Source: an uncultured Bacillales bacterium
Lineage (GTDB): Bacteria > Bacillota_I > Bacilli_A > RF39 > UBA660
Direction of reading: 5' to 3'
Length of the DNA stretch: 64,000 nt
NCBI GenBank assembly: GCA_947571655.1
Contig: CANOYR010000002.1
Span: 44,212-108,211 of the forward strand
Shown here: piece by piece, positions 51,235-59,205 of the stretch
Layout of the letters: the number at the start of each line of letters is the position of its first letter
Numbering within the stretch: position 1 is the first letter of the stretch
Notes under the pieces: model-generated
Seen by the model: the letters and a program-made list of their open reading frames with translations, nothing else
Databases searched by the model: none
What the model was told of the DNA's origin: nothing
Position numbers and translations under genes: made by a program

Positions 51235-51811
51235 CTTTTAATTCTCCTTTTGATTTAATACTTTTCTTTAAAATAAAATCAAAGTATATATATTCTTGAT
51301 CACTTTCTATTTTATCTATAATCTTGATTCCTAATTTTTGTTCTATATCTGTTCTTTTTTCTTCGTATTTAGATTCTGAAAAATCAGGAGAATAAAACTT
51401 AAAAGTGTTAATATTATTGTTAATATTGCATCTTCTTTTAAATTTTGAAACATAAATAGGTACTTTGTGATCTTCTTTTATATTGAGAACATCTTTTACG
51501 TCGTCTTCTATTTTTTTTGCTTTTTTAGGCTTTCCAAACCACGTTATAATACCAAAGGTAAAAATACCAAAAATTAACCAAAATAGAATGTAGACTAATA
51601 ATTTAAAAATATTCTTATAACTACTTGGATCATAAATAAGAATCCAAAGAAGTATTGCAATGATTATATAGAGTGAAAATATTATAAATTTTAGCTTTTT
51701 TGAAAATAGTTCTTTTATACCTTGCTTAAATCTTAATTCATTTACTTTTTGATTTCTTCTTCTGATTTGTCTTTCTTCAAAACTTAATTTATTTTGTACT
51801 TGATTCTTCAT
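51221..51811 (-). CDS. membrane protein (2 TM) likely corresponding to the N-terminal membrane anchor of an FtsK/TcpA-like protein, encoded separately
   Basis: Two TM helices followed by a Lys-rich linker. Combined length with the next ORF (196+256 aa) matches TcpA/Orf21-like proteins. Confidence 0.5.
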   Translation of the reverse strand: MKNQVQNKLSFEERQIRRRNQKVNELRFKQGIKELFSKKLKFIIFSLYIIIAILLWILIYDPSSYKNIFKLLVYILFWLIFGIFTFGIITWFGKPKKAKKIEDDVKDVLNIKEDHKVPIYVSKFKRRCNINNNINTFKFYSPDFSESKYEEKRTDIEQKLGIKIIDKIESDQEYIYFDFILKKSIKSKGELKDDRI

Positions 51812-52118
51812 ACATCTTCTCCTTTAATGCTTCCAACAGATCAGGCGATAAATCTAACTTATCAATAGAATCTGTTAAGCTATATTCTATTTTATCTATA
51901 TATGTAATGCCGATTTCTTCTTTTGCTAAAGCTAACCAAACTTCTCCCGTATCTGAATAAAAAATTTGAGCTATTTCGTTATAATTCAATATGTCATTAT
52001 CGTATATGCTGATAGTGGTATAATATTTATTAAATATAAATATGTAGTAGTCGTCATTTAACGTTATAGTTTTGTTCTTGTTTAGATCAAAAACTTCTTT
52101 TAATTGTAATAGATTCAT
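51789..52118 (-). CDS. hypothetical protein (109 aa)
   Basis: ORF with RBS AAAAGGAGAAG; overlaps the downstream gene by 23 nt; no family recognised. Confidence 0.45.
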   Translation of the reverse strand: MNLLQLKEVFDLNKNKTITLNDDYYIFIFNKYYTTISIYDNDILNYNEIAQIFYSDTGEVWLALAKEEIGITYIDKIEYSLTDSIDKLDLSPDLLEALKEKMYEESSTK

Positions 52119-52197
52119 AATTCTTCTCCTTTTAAAAATTAGTTACAGGTAGGGTGTAGCTATAAACTACACCACCTGTATACACTTTAATTTTGCA

Positions 52198-52488
52198 TTA
52201 TTTTTTGCTTGTTTCGGTAGAGCCAACGAATTCTATAAGACTAACATTTCCGTATCTATCGTAATGAAATTCTTCTACATCTCTGCCTACAAGACTTTTA
52301 ATTTCTAACGTAGTTAATTCTTTGCCAAAAGTTTTTGTTAAGACATTATACTTTACTTTAACTATTGAAACCTTAAGTCCTTCGCTTTTATCGTTATTGC
52401 CGAACTCTTCTGCACAATGAAGATTAACATTATGAAATGGATTATCTTCATATACGCCAATTCTTTCTTCAATACCTACAATTTTCAT
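52198..52488 (-). CDS. hypothetical protein (96 aa)
   Basis: ORF with RBS AAAGGAGAATAAAG; no family recognised. Confidence 0.45.
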   Translation of the reverse strand: MKIVGIEERIGVYEDNPFHNVNLHCAEEFGNNDKSEGLKVSIVKVKYNVLTKTFGKELTTLEIKSLVGRDVEEFHYDRYGNVSLIEFVGSTETSKK

Positions 52489-52585
52489 AGACTTTATTCT
52501 CCTTTCTTTAGATTTTTAAATGTTGTCGAACGATTCTCTCGCTGACACTATAGTTATAGGCGATTGTATATTTGGCTGAAAAATA

Positions 52586-52614
52586 AAGGTGTATAAATGA
52601 TACACCCTTTTTTT
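52586..52614. terminator. bidirectional terminator downstream of the sigma factor gene
   Basis: GGTGTA-TAAATGA-TACACC stem with flanking A/T runs. Confidence 0.6.
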
Positions 52615-52698
52615 ACATACAAAAAAAAGCCGTATTTTACTACAGCTTCTATTAAAATCAATAAATCAAAATACTATGATAAATAATTATTTTTTATT

Positions 52699-53973
52699 TT
52701 AGTTTTTCTTTTGTTCTTGTTTTTTCTTGCTCTTCTTTTTAGCCTGTGGATAAATATTTAAAAAATCTTTTTCTTCAATACCTAATAATTCTAATACTTT
52801 ATTACAATATTCAATAGGATATCCATTTAATTTCTCCAGAACAAAGGCATATGCAAGATGCGTCCTATTATTTTTTTTAAAACTATATCCAGCTGTATCT
52901 AGAAGTGCATTTATAGTATGACTTGATAATTTGAAGTATATACCAAAAGATACCATTGCTTTTATACTTGGTATTGCTCCCTTAGTTTTATAATATTTAA
53001 ACGTCTCTTCACTTAAATTTGTTGCTCTGCAAAACATTGATTCAGTTATATCTTTTTGTTCACAAATATTTTTAAATTGTTCTTCGAAAGTTGGATATCT
53101 TAAATTTATTGCATATTCTTCTTGAAATCTTGTTGATATATCTTTAAAGTTTTTTTCTTCTAATTTTTCATAATCTTCATATTTAGCAATTTTTTCAGTC
53201 TTTGCAGATATATCAATATTTCTCTTTTGTTTTTCAATAATATCTTTCAATAAACGATCTGTTTTTCCATTAGTTATATTATGATATTCGTCAGATTCAT
53301 AAAAATCATTAAGTTTATTGTTAATATTTTCTACTATTTTCTTAATTTTAACTCTATTAACTCCAAGCTTTTTTGCTATATTTGTATCATTCATTTCTTC
53401 TTTGTATTTAAATGTATAAATAAGTTTTTCGTGAGGATATAAAGTTTTAAAAAAAGCCTCTTTTATTAGCTGAATATCTTTTTTGTTTTCATTATCTATT
53501 GTTTGTTCTTCAGGTGTCATAGAGTTATCAGCAATAACATCAGAAAGAGTAGCATCACTTTCACTATCAATAGTACTTTCTAATGAGATATTTTGTTGTG
53601 ATAATGTTTTCAATTCAACTAATTTCTCTAATGGTATTTCTAATCTATCAGCAACCTCTTTATCAGTAGGATCACGTTTTAACTCTTGTGTTAATTCGTT
53701 TTCTACTTTTTTCATTTTATTTATTCGTTTGCTATTATAATTTGAAATACCTTTTGTTTCAGCAATATAATCTTCAATTTCCCATTTGATCCAAGGGGTG
53801 GCAAGTGTAGATATTTTAGTTCCTTTGCTTTCATCAAATTTTTCTGATGCTATCCAAAGACCATATCTTCCATAGTGTAATAAATCTTCAAATGGTACAC
53901 CATTTCCTATATATTTTTTAGCAATACTTTTAACTAACCACTCATTTTCGTTTAATATTCTTTCTTCTTCCAC
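52699..53973 (-). CDS. sigma-70 family RNA polymerase sigma factor with ~180-aa C-terminal extension (possible second HTH)
   Basis: Region 2 (DLLHYGRYGLWIASEKFDESKG), region 4 HTH (TNIAKKLGVNRVKIKK). GTG start with RBS AAGGTGGGA. C-terminal 180 aa not sigma-like. Confidence 0.65.
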   Translation of the reverse strand: MEEERILNENEWLVKSIAKKYIGNGVPFEDLLHYGRYGLWIASEKFDESKGTKISTLATPWIKWEIEDYIAETKGISNYNSKRINKMKKVENELTQELKRDPTDKEVADRLEIPLEKLVELKTLSQQNISLESTIDSESDATLSDVIADNSMTPEEQTIDNENKKDIQLIKEAFFKTLYPHEKLIYTFKYKEEMNDTNIAKKLGVNRVKIKKIVENINNKLNDFYESDEYHNITNGKTDRLLKDIIEKQKRNIDISAKTEKIAKYEDYEKLEEKNFKDISTRFQEEYAINLRYPTFEEQFKNICEQKDITESMFCRATNLSEETFKYYKTKGAIPSIKAMVSFGIYFKLSSHTINALLDTAGYSFKKNNRTHLAYAFVLEKLNGYPIEYCNKVLELLGIEEKDFLNIYPQAKKKSKKKQEQKKN

Positions 53974-54117
53974 ACAAATCCCACCTTATTTAATAATATT
54001 ATTTAACTACACAATATAAAATTTCCAATATAATTATACCATTTTTAGCCTGTTTAATATATAGTAAAACAAAAAATAATTTTGGATCATAAATTATATT
54101 CCAAAATTATTATGTTT

Positions 54118-54396
54118 TTATGCTCTGTTATTTTTATTAAGATATTTTTTATATATAGTATTTATCAACAAGTAGATACCATATAAGATTATTGAATACA
54201 ATAAACCACCGAAAACAATTATACATAAAAACATAGGATAATCATAGTTAATACCTTTTACTACTATTTCTAGTGGATTATTAGGTATTATGAAAGATAG
54301 TATACAAATTACTACAAAACCTATAACACCTAAAATTTTAAATATTTTTTCTAACATAAATTTCAACTCCTTTATTTCAAAAAATAAAAGTAGCAT
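54118..54396 (-). CDS. small membrane protein (92 aa, 3 TM)
   Basis: Hydrophobic ORF between the sigma factor and sortase genes. Confidence 0.4.
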   Translation of the reverse strand: MLLLFFEIKELKFMLEKIFKILGVIGFVVICILSFIIPNNPLEIVVKGINYDYPMFLCIIVFGGLLYSIILYGIYLLINTIYKKYLNKNNRA

Positions 54397-54452
54397 CTAA
54401 AATCTTTTAAAACTTTATAGATACTACTTTTCGTTTTAAATCATTTTATAGA

Positions 54453-55202
54453 TTATTCTAAATTTTCAACTCTTTTTGCGTGTACGACTTTTCTTTTAGA
54501 TGTTCCACCTGTACCCGAGCAAGTGGAAAGTGTAAGTATATTATCACTTGTAGATACTTCTATATCAAACTTTTTATAACTTCTTCTTGTAATGGTATCA
54601 ATAAATTTATTGAAATCACTATCACTTTTAAATGAAGTAGTTATATAATATTCTTCTTTTTCTATAATGTAATAACTAAATATTTGATAAGTCAAAAGTT
54701 CATTATCTTTATTGTATATTTGAATATAGTTATTTTCCTTTTTATCAAAAAATTCATTTTTAAATATATCTTGTAATGATCCAAACATAGTGTCGTCTAA
54801 CATTGAATGACCGAATAATACAACATTTCTATCATTAAAAGATTCATTTCGATAATCCATAAATATTGTTCCTGCCTGATTACTTTCTTTTTCAAAGGAA
54901 CGTTTAAGATAATATGAATTGTCTTTTGTATGTACAATAGGGTTGTTTATTTTATCTTGATTAAATCGTATCCAACCAATAGTATCACTATTGATAGATA
55001 ATAGTTTTTCAAAATCAATTTTAAATACTTCTTTTTCTTCTTCTATATCTATACTAATAACATTTTGGATCAATTCTTTTGTATCATTTTTATTTTTGTT
55101 AGAATCTAATAGGAATAATACAATTTTAGTAGTAGAGAATAGGAACACTACTATAAATAAAATTAGTAGAATATTTTTTGTTTTAAATTTTATTTTTTTC
55201 AT
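54453..55202 (-). CDS. srtB: class B sortase
   Basis: N-terminal TM, catalytic His (NVVLFGHSM), TLSTC active-site Cys motif and conserved Arg (KRKVVHAKR). Confidence 0.75.
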   Translation of the reverse strand: MKKIKFKTKNILLILFIVVFLFSTTKIVLFLLDSNKNKNDTKELIQNVISIDIEEEKEVFKIDFEKLLSINSDTIGWIRFNQDKINNPIVHTKDNSYYLKRSFEKESNQAGTIFMDYRNESFNDRNVVLFGHSMLDDTMFGSLQDIFKNEFFDKKENNYIQIYNKDNELLTYQIFSYYIIEKEEYYITTSFKSDSDFNKFIDTITRRSYKKFDIEVSTSDNILTLSTCSGTGGTSKRKVVHAKRVENLE

Positions 55203-55227
55203 TACTTTAAATAGAAAGAAATAGCAA

Positions 55228-56469
55228 CTAGGCTATTTCCTTTTTCTTCTTACTAACTAGAATATAAGTAATTCCTACTAAAGATCCAAGAGCTAATATA
55301 GAATATAATACAATGTCTATAGAAGAAGTTTGAGCATTGTTTGGTGCTTTATTTACGTTTTCAGTAGTAATAGTTTCATTATCACTTAAAGCTATCATAA
55401 ATGGAGAAAGCTCACTAACTGATATTTCTGCTTTTCCGTCTGTTATTGCTGTTTTAAATATTTCATAAGTATTGTCTTTCTTTTTATGTAATATTTGAAC
55501 TTCCTTACCATTGTAATTACTTCCAAGATTAAATGATATTTTCATATTGTTAGTAGTTGTTCCATAAGCTGTTAATTCATAACAACCTAAAATATTTTTA
55601 AAACCTTTACTTTCTAATTCTTTTGCCATAGTTTTGTAAATTTCGTCATCAGTTTCTAATTTAGCCATATTAACAGGTGTTCCATTTTCTAATGTTGTTC
55701 CATAAGCACCCATATTCATAATATGTTTTATATCATATAGAACATTATTTTTATAGAAGTATAAAATATATCCAACTCCCCAAGGTGTTCCTCCACCTAT
55801 GCCACCAACACCAGTTGTACCTTTAATAGTTATAGAACTATCATTGAATAGTTTATTGAAATTGTATGTATTTTCAGTCCATTTACTAGCATTTTCTTCG
55901 TCACCTATATTATACATTGTAAAAACTGCGTCCGTACCTTCAAAATTTGCAAACTTAATATTATTTACTGCATTTTTAATATATGTTGCATCTTGTTCAC
56001 TATAAGCACTTTCTTTAGCATATTTGATAGTGAATTCTTTTCCATAATTTGATCCGTTTATTCCAATACTTCCATTGTCAATAAATCCAATTCCACCACC
56101 TAAATCACAACCTGTTAAAAATTCAGAAGTGGATACATTAGTTATTCCATTTTGATTAAATATTTCCATAAACTTTTCTTCTAATGCTTTTTGAACAATA
56201 TCTTCTTCATCTGTTTGAAAATTTGTTCTTGTAATATAATTTGCATATTCTGTTTTAGTGATATTTATTTCAATAGTATTTGGAATAATGTTGTTTAATT
56301 CTTCCTCTGTTAAGTCTTTTAAACTTTTTGTTGTAGTAGTTTCTTGTGCTACTTGATTTGTTTGACTTTCGCTAGGTGTAGGTGTAAGTTCTTCTGCATT
56401 AACTGTCATAGTAAAAAACATACTAGATATTGCTAGTGCTGATAATAAAATTTTACTTGTTTTCTTCAT
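55228..56469 (-). CDS. secreted cell-wall-anchored surface protein with noncanonical C-terminal sorting signal (NAQTS + TM + KKKK tail)
   Basis: Signal peptide MKKTSKILLSALAISSMFFTMTVNA. C-terminal NNAQTSS followed by a hydrophobic segment and SKKKKEIA; sits adjacent to the class B sortase. Confidence 0.6.
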   Translation of the reverse strand: MKKTSKILLSALAISSMFFTMTVNAEELTPTPSESQTNQVAQETTTTKSLKDLTEEELNNIIPNTIEINITKTEYANYITRTNFQTDEEDIVQKALEEKFMEIFNQNGITNVSTSEFLTGCDLGGGIGFIDNGSIGINGSNYGKEFTIKYAKESAYSEQDATYIKNAVNNIKFANFEGTDAVFTMYNIGDEENASKWTENTYNFNKLFNDSSITIKGTTGVGGIGGGTPWGVGYILYFYKNNVLYDIKHIMNMGAYGTTLENGTPVNMAKLETDDEIYKTMAKELESKGFKNILGCYELTAYGTTTNNMKISFNLGSNYNGKEVQILHKKKDNTYEIFKTAITDGKAEISVSELSPFMIALSDNETITTENVNKAPNNAQTSSIDIVLYSILALGSLVGITYILVSKKKKEIA

Positions 56470-56548
56470 TTTTTATCTTCCTTTCTAACATATAAAATTT
56501 TTATTTATATAATAAATATTCGTAAAGAATATTATTACCATAAAATAA

Positions 56549-56653
56549 GGAACACTATAAACTTCCTTTGTGTTCCGATACTGCTATTGTTGGATTAACT
56601 GCATACTGCTCCCAACAATATTACAACACCGGTTATAGACACTTCACTAACCG
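56549..56653. other. cluster of three distinct GC-rich stem-loops in the divergent intergenic region between the surface-protein gene and the XRE gene (candidate sso/oriT or small RNA)
   Basis: GGAACAC-N14-GTGTTCC, ATTGTTGG-N18-CCAACAAT and CGGTTA-N12-TAACCG, with no T-runs; locally high GC. Confidence 0.35.
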
Positions 56654-56790
56654 ATAATAAGATTCTACCACTTTTATTTTATATAGTCAACATTTTTACT
56701 GATATTTTATCAGTTTATAATCAATACTAATTTTAGTGATAATAGTTCATAATAAAATAGAAGTTAGTTCTATAAAAAAGGAGTGGTGTT

Positions 56791-57099
56791 ATGAGAGTTA
56801 AACAAACAGAAGAAGACAAAATAATTTTAAAAATAATTGGCAATAATATCAAATTTTATAGAATAAATAATAATTGTTCAAGTGAAAATACAGACGAATA
56901 TGGAAGAATCAGTCAAGAAAAACTAGCCGAATTATCAGGAACTAGTGCATCTATGATCGCCAATTTAGAAGCAACTAATGTTATGCAAACTATGAGCATT
57001 GTTCTTTTGAGAAAAATTGCACTTGCTTTAAATATTCCTTTATATGCTTTCTTTTTAGAAAAGCCAATTAAAAATCCACCAATAAATCCTTTTGAATAA
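56791..57099 (+). CDS. XRE-family HTH transcriptional regulator
   Basis: HTH_3 (KLAELSGTSASMIANLE), 102 aa, RBS GGAGTGG. Confidence 0.7.
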   Translation: MRVKQTEEDKIILKIIGNNIKFYRINNNCSSENTDEYGRISQEKLAELSGTSASMIANLEATNVMQTMSIVLLRKIALALNIPLYAFFLEKPIKNPPINPFE

Positions 57100-57104
57100 A
57101 AAAA

Positions 57105-57137
57105 GAAAACGATTAGTAAATTACTAGTCGTTTTACT
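57105..57137 (+). terminator. terminator downstream of the XRE gene
   Basis: ACGATTAGTAA...TTACTAGTCGT stem followed by TTTACTTT. Confidence 0.5.
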
Positions 57138-57303
57138 TTGCATTATATTTTTAATTGCATACCTAGGCTCTTTGTTAAAAATCTTTATAAAGTAGTAAAT
57201 TAGTAGTAAATTCACTACTGTTTTATTGATTTATGCCTTATAATAAAGGCTTTTTTGGTTATTTATACTTTTTTTAGTCAAAAATAGTGTAATTTTTAAT
57301 TAT

Positions 57304-57320
57304 CTTTTTATAAGTTCTTA
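57304..57320. repeat. right copy of candidate att core direct repeat (CTTTTTATAAGTTCTTA)
   Basis: See the left copy. Preceded inside the element by a tandem AGTAGTAAATT direct repeat (57192..57216), possible arm-type sites. Confidence 0.45.
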
Positions 57321-57370
57321 AATGTCATTATAACCTCGTATAATGTAGTTAAGATATTTTTATTTTAAAA

Positions 57371-57398
57371 AGAAAAAACGCAATTTAAGAATTGCGCT
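57371..57398 (-). terminator. terminator downstream of yitT paralog 1
   Basis: ACGCAATT-CTTA-AATTGCG stem followed by T-run on the minus strand. Confidence 0.6.
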
Positions 57399-57407
57399 TT
57401 GTATCTT

Positions 57408-58325
57408 TTATGCTCCTCCTGAAACTTGGTAAGAATCTGTTACGATAAAGAATGCATCTTTATCAATTTCTTTGATTCCTTCTTTTAATTTATAATATTC
57501 TCTATTAGGAATTACGGTCATTAAAACTCTTCTTTTCTTTTGTAAAAATCCACCTTTTACATCGAAAATTGTAACCCCATGATGAAGCTCATTGATAATA
57601 TAATCTTTAATCTCTTCTTCTCTAGAAGTCATAATATGAAGACATTTATTCTTTGAAATACCAATTAACACACGATCTAGTACCAAACTATATATATATA
57701 AAATGATGGCAGCATACATTACCATATTCCAACCAAAGGCAGCTCCTCCAAAGAAAACAATGATCATATTCATAGCAAAGCTCACTCCTGAAATTGGTGT
57801 TTTTTTGTACTTAGAAATAATTTCACTAATAATAGAGATTCCTCCATTACTGAATCCAACTTTGTATACTAATCCTGTTGTTACTCCCGATAATACTCCT
57901 ATAAAGATAGATATTAAAATTTTATCTGATAAATCAACAGGAATCCAAGTACCAATTTGTGAGGTTAATTCAATAAAAAACGGATATATAATGGTAGAAA
58001 CTACAGCCCCTGAAGTTTTTTCAATTCCAAGAAAAATTGCCCCAATTACTAATAAGGAAACTGATATTAAGAAAATGATAATAGATGGATTGATATTAAA
58101 ATAGTGATTTAAAATAATTGAGATTCCAGAGCTTCCTCCTGTTACAATTTGTGTAGGTAGTTGTAATAGATTAAAGTAACAAGCTGATATAAATAAAGAT
58201 AAGATTAATATCATATATCGACGAATTAGTTTTTTCTTTTTGATTGTATCTAATATGTTGATTGTACTTTCTTTTCCTTTTTCTAATATGTCCATATTAT
58301 TCTCCTCCAAATACTTCATAAGCAT
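57408..58325 (-). CDS. YitT/DUF161 family membrane protein with DUF2179-like C-terminal domain (paralog 1)
   Basis: 5-6 TM helices plus a C-terminal soluble domain (GHGVTIFDVKGG...); tandem paralog of the next gene. Confidence 0.7.
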   Translation of the reverse strand: MLMKYLEENNMDILEKGKESTINILDTIKKKKLIRRYMILILSLFISACYFNLLQLPTQIVTGGSSGISIILNHYFNINPSIIIFLISVSLLVIGAIFLGIEKTSGAVVSTIIYPFFIELTSQIGTWIPVDLSDKILISIFIGVLSGVTTGLVYKVGFSNGGISIISEIISKYKKTPISGVSFAMNMIIVFFGGAAFGWNMVMYAAIILYIYSLVLDRVLIGISKNKCLHIMTSREEEIKDYIINELHHGVTIFDVKGGFLQKKRRVLMTVIPNREYYKLKEGIKEIDKDAFFIVTDSYQVSGGA

Positions 58326-59205
58326 CCATTACTACAAAAAATGCTTGTTTGTCAATTTCTTTAATTCCCTCTTTTAAACGATAATACTGATCCGTTGGAA
58401 CGACACATAGTAAGACTTTTTGTTTCTCACTCGTATACCCACCCTTTGCATCAAAAATCGTTACCCCATGACCTAATTCTTTTAAAATATAGTTTTTAAT
58501 ACCTTCTTCTTTTTCCGTTATGATATAGAATGCTTTTGAGTTTGAGATTCCAAGTAGAACTCGATCGGTTAATATCCCAATAAGGTAAACGACGATAATT
58601 GCATACATTAACTTATTGATTCCAAATACACTAACGCCACTTAATACAATTAGACCATCACTCATTAGCATTGCACTTCCCATACTAACTTTCATATATT
58701 TTGAAATAATTTGATTGATAATATCGGTTCCCCCTGTTGTAAATCCTGCCTTAAATACCAGTCCAGCTCCAACTCCATAGATAATTCCTCCAAAAAGTGC
58801 AGCGAGTAATAATTCGATTTCTCCAATAGGAAGAATTTCTCCAATATTTTCTGTCAGTTGTACAAATACAGGAAATAGAATGGATCCTAAAATAGATCCT
58901 GTCGTTTGATTTTTTCCTAAAACAAGAAAACTGACAATTAGAAGAAGTAAAGATCCTATATAAATTACGATAGATGGATCCCACCCAAATAGTTTTTTGG
59001 TAATAATTGAAATCCCACTCACTCCTCCAAATACAATGTTATTGGGTAATAGAAATAAATTAAAAGCAAGAGAAATTAGTAAGAGTCCAATCATGAGGCT
59101 GAAATAACGGCGTATTCGATCTTTTCGATAAATTGTTTTTATGATGCTATCTATTTTCACTGTCTTCTGAACTGAATTTTTCATTTTTATTCTCCTTTCA
59201 GACAA
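58297..59205 (-). CDS. YitT/DUF161 family membrane protein (paralog 2)
   Basis: Same architecture; about 45% identity to paralog 1 by eye. Confidence 0.7.
   Translation of the reverse strand: MSERRIKMKNSVQKTVKIDSIIKTIYRKDRIRRYFSLMIGLLLISLAFNLFLLPNNIVFGGVSGISIITKKLFGWDPSIVIYIGSLLLLIVSFLVLGKNQTTGSILGSILFPVFVQLTENIGEILPIGEIELLLAALFGGIIYGVGAGLVFKAGFTTGGTDIINQIISKYMKVSMGSAMLMSDGLIVLSGVSVFGINKLMYAIIVVYLIGILTDRVLLGISNSKAFYIITEKEEGIKNYILKELGHGVTIFDAKGGYTSEKQKVLLCVVPTDQYYRLKEGIKEIDKQAFFVVMDAYEVFGGE

Larger units (their letters stand above)
47681..57320. mobile_element. putative ~9.6 kb integrative mobilizable element (int-xis-rep-ftsK-like core plus sigma/sortase/surface-protein cargo)
   Basis: Tyrosine integrase and Xis at the left end. 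Imperfect ~28-bp direct repeats at both ends, core CTTTTTATAA[A/G]TTCTTA at 47681..47697 and 57304..57320. Markedly AT-rich interior. Interrupts the otherwise conserved prfB-yitT-ftsEX neighbourhood. Confidence 0.6.

Noticed and set aside
56536-56680. GC-rich segment as a possible tRNA
   Set aside because: Three sequential independent hairpins rather than a cloverleaf; no conserved tRNA elements.
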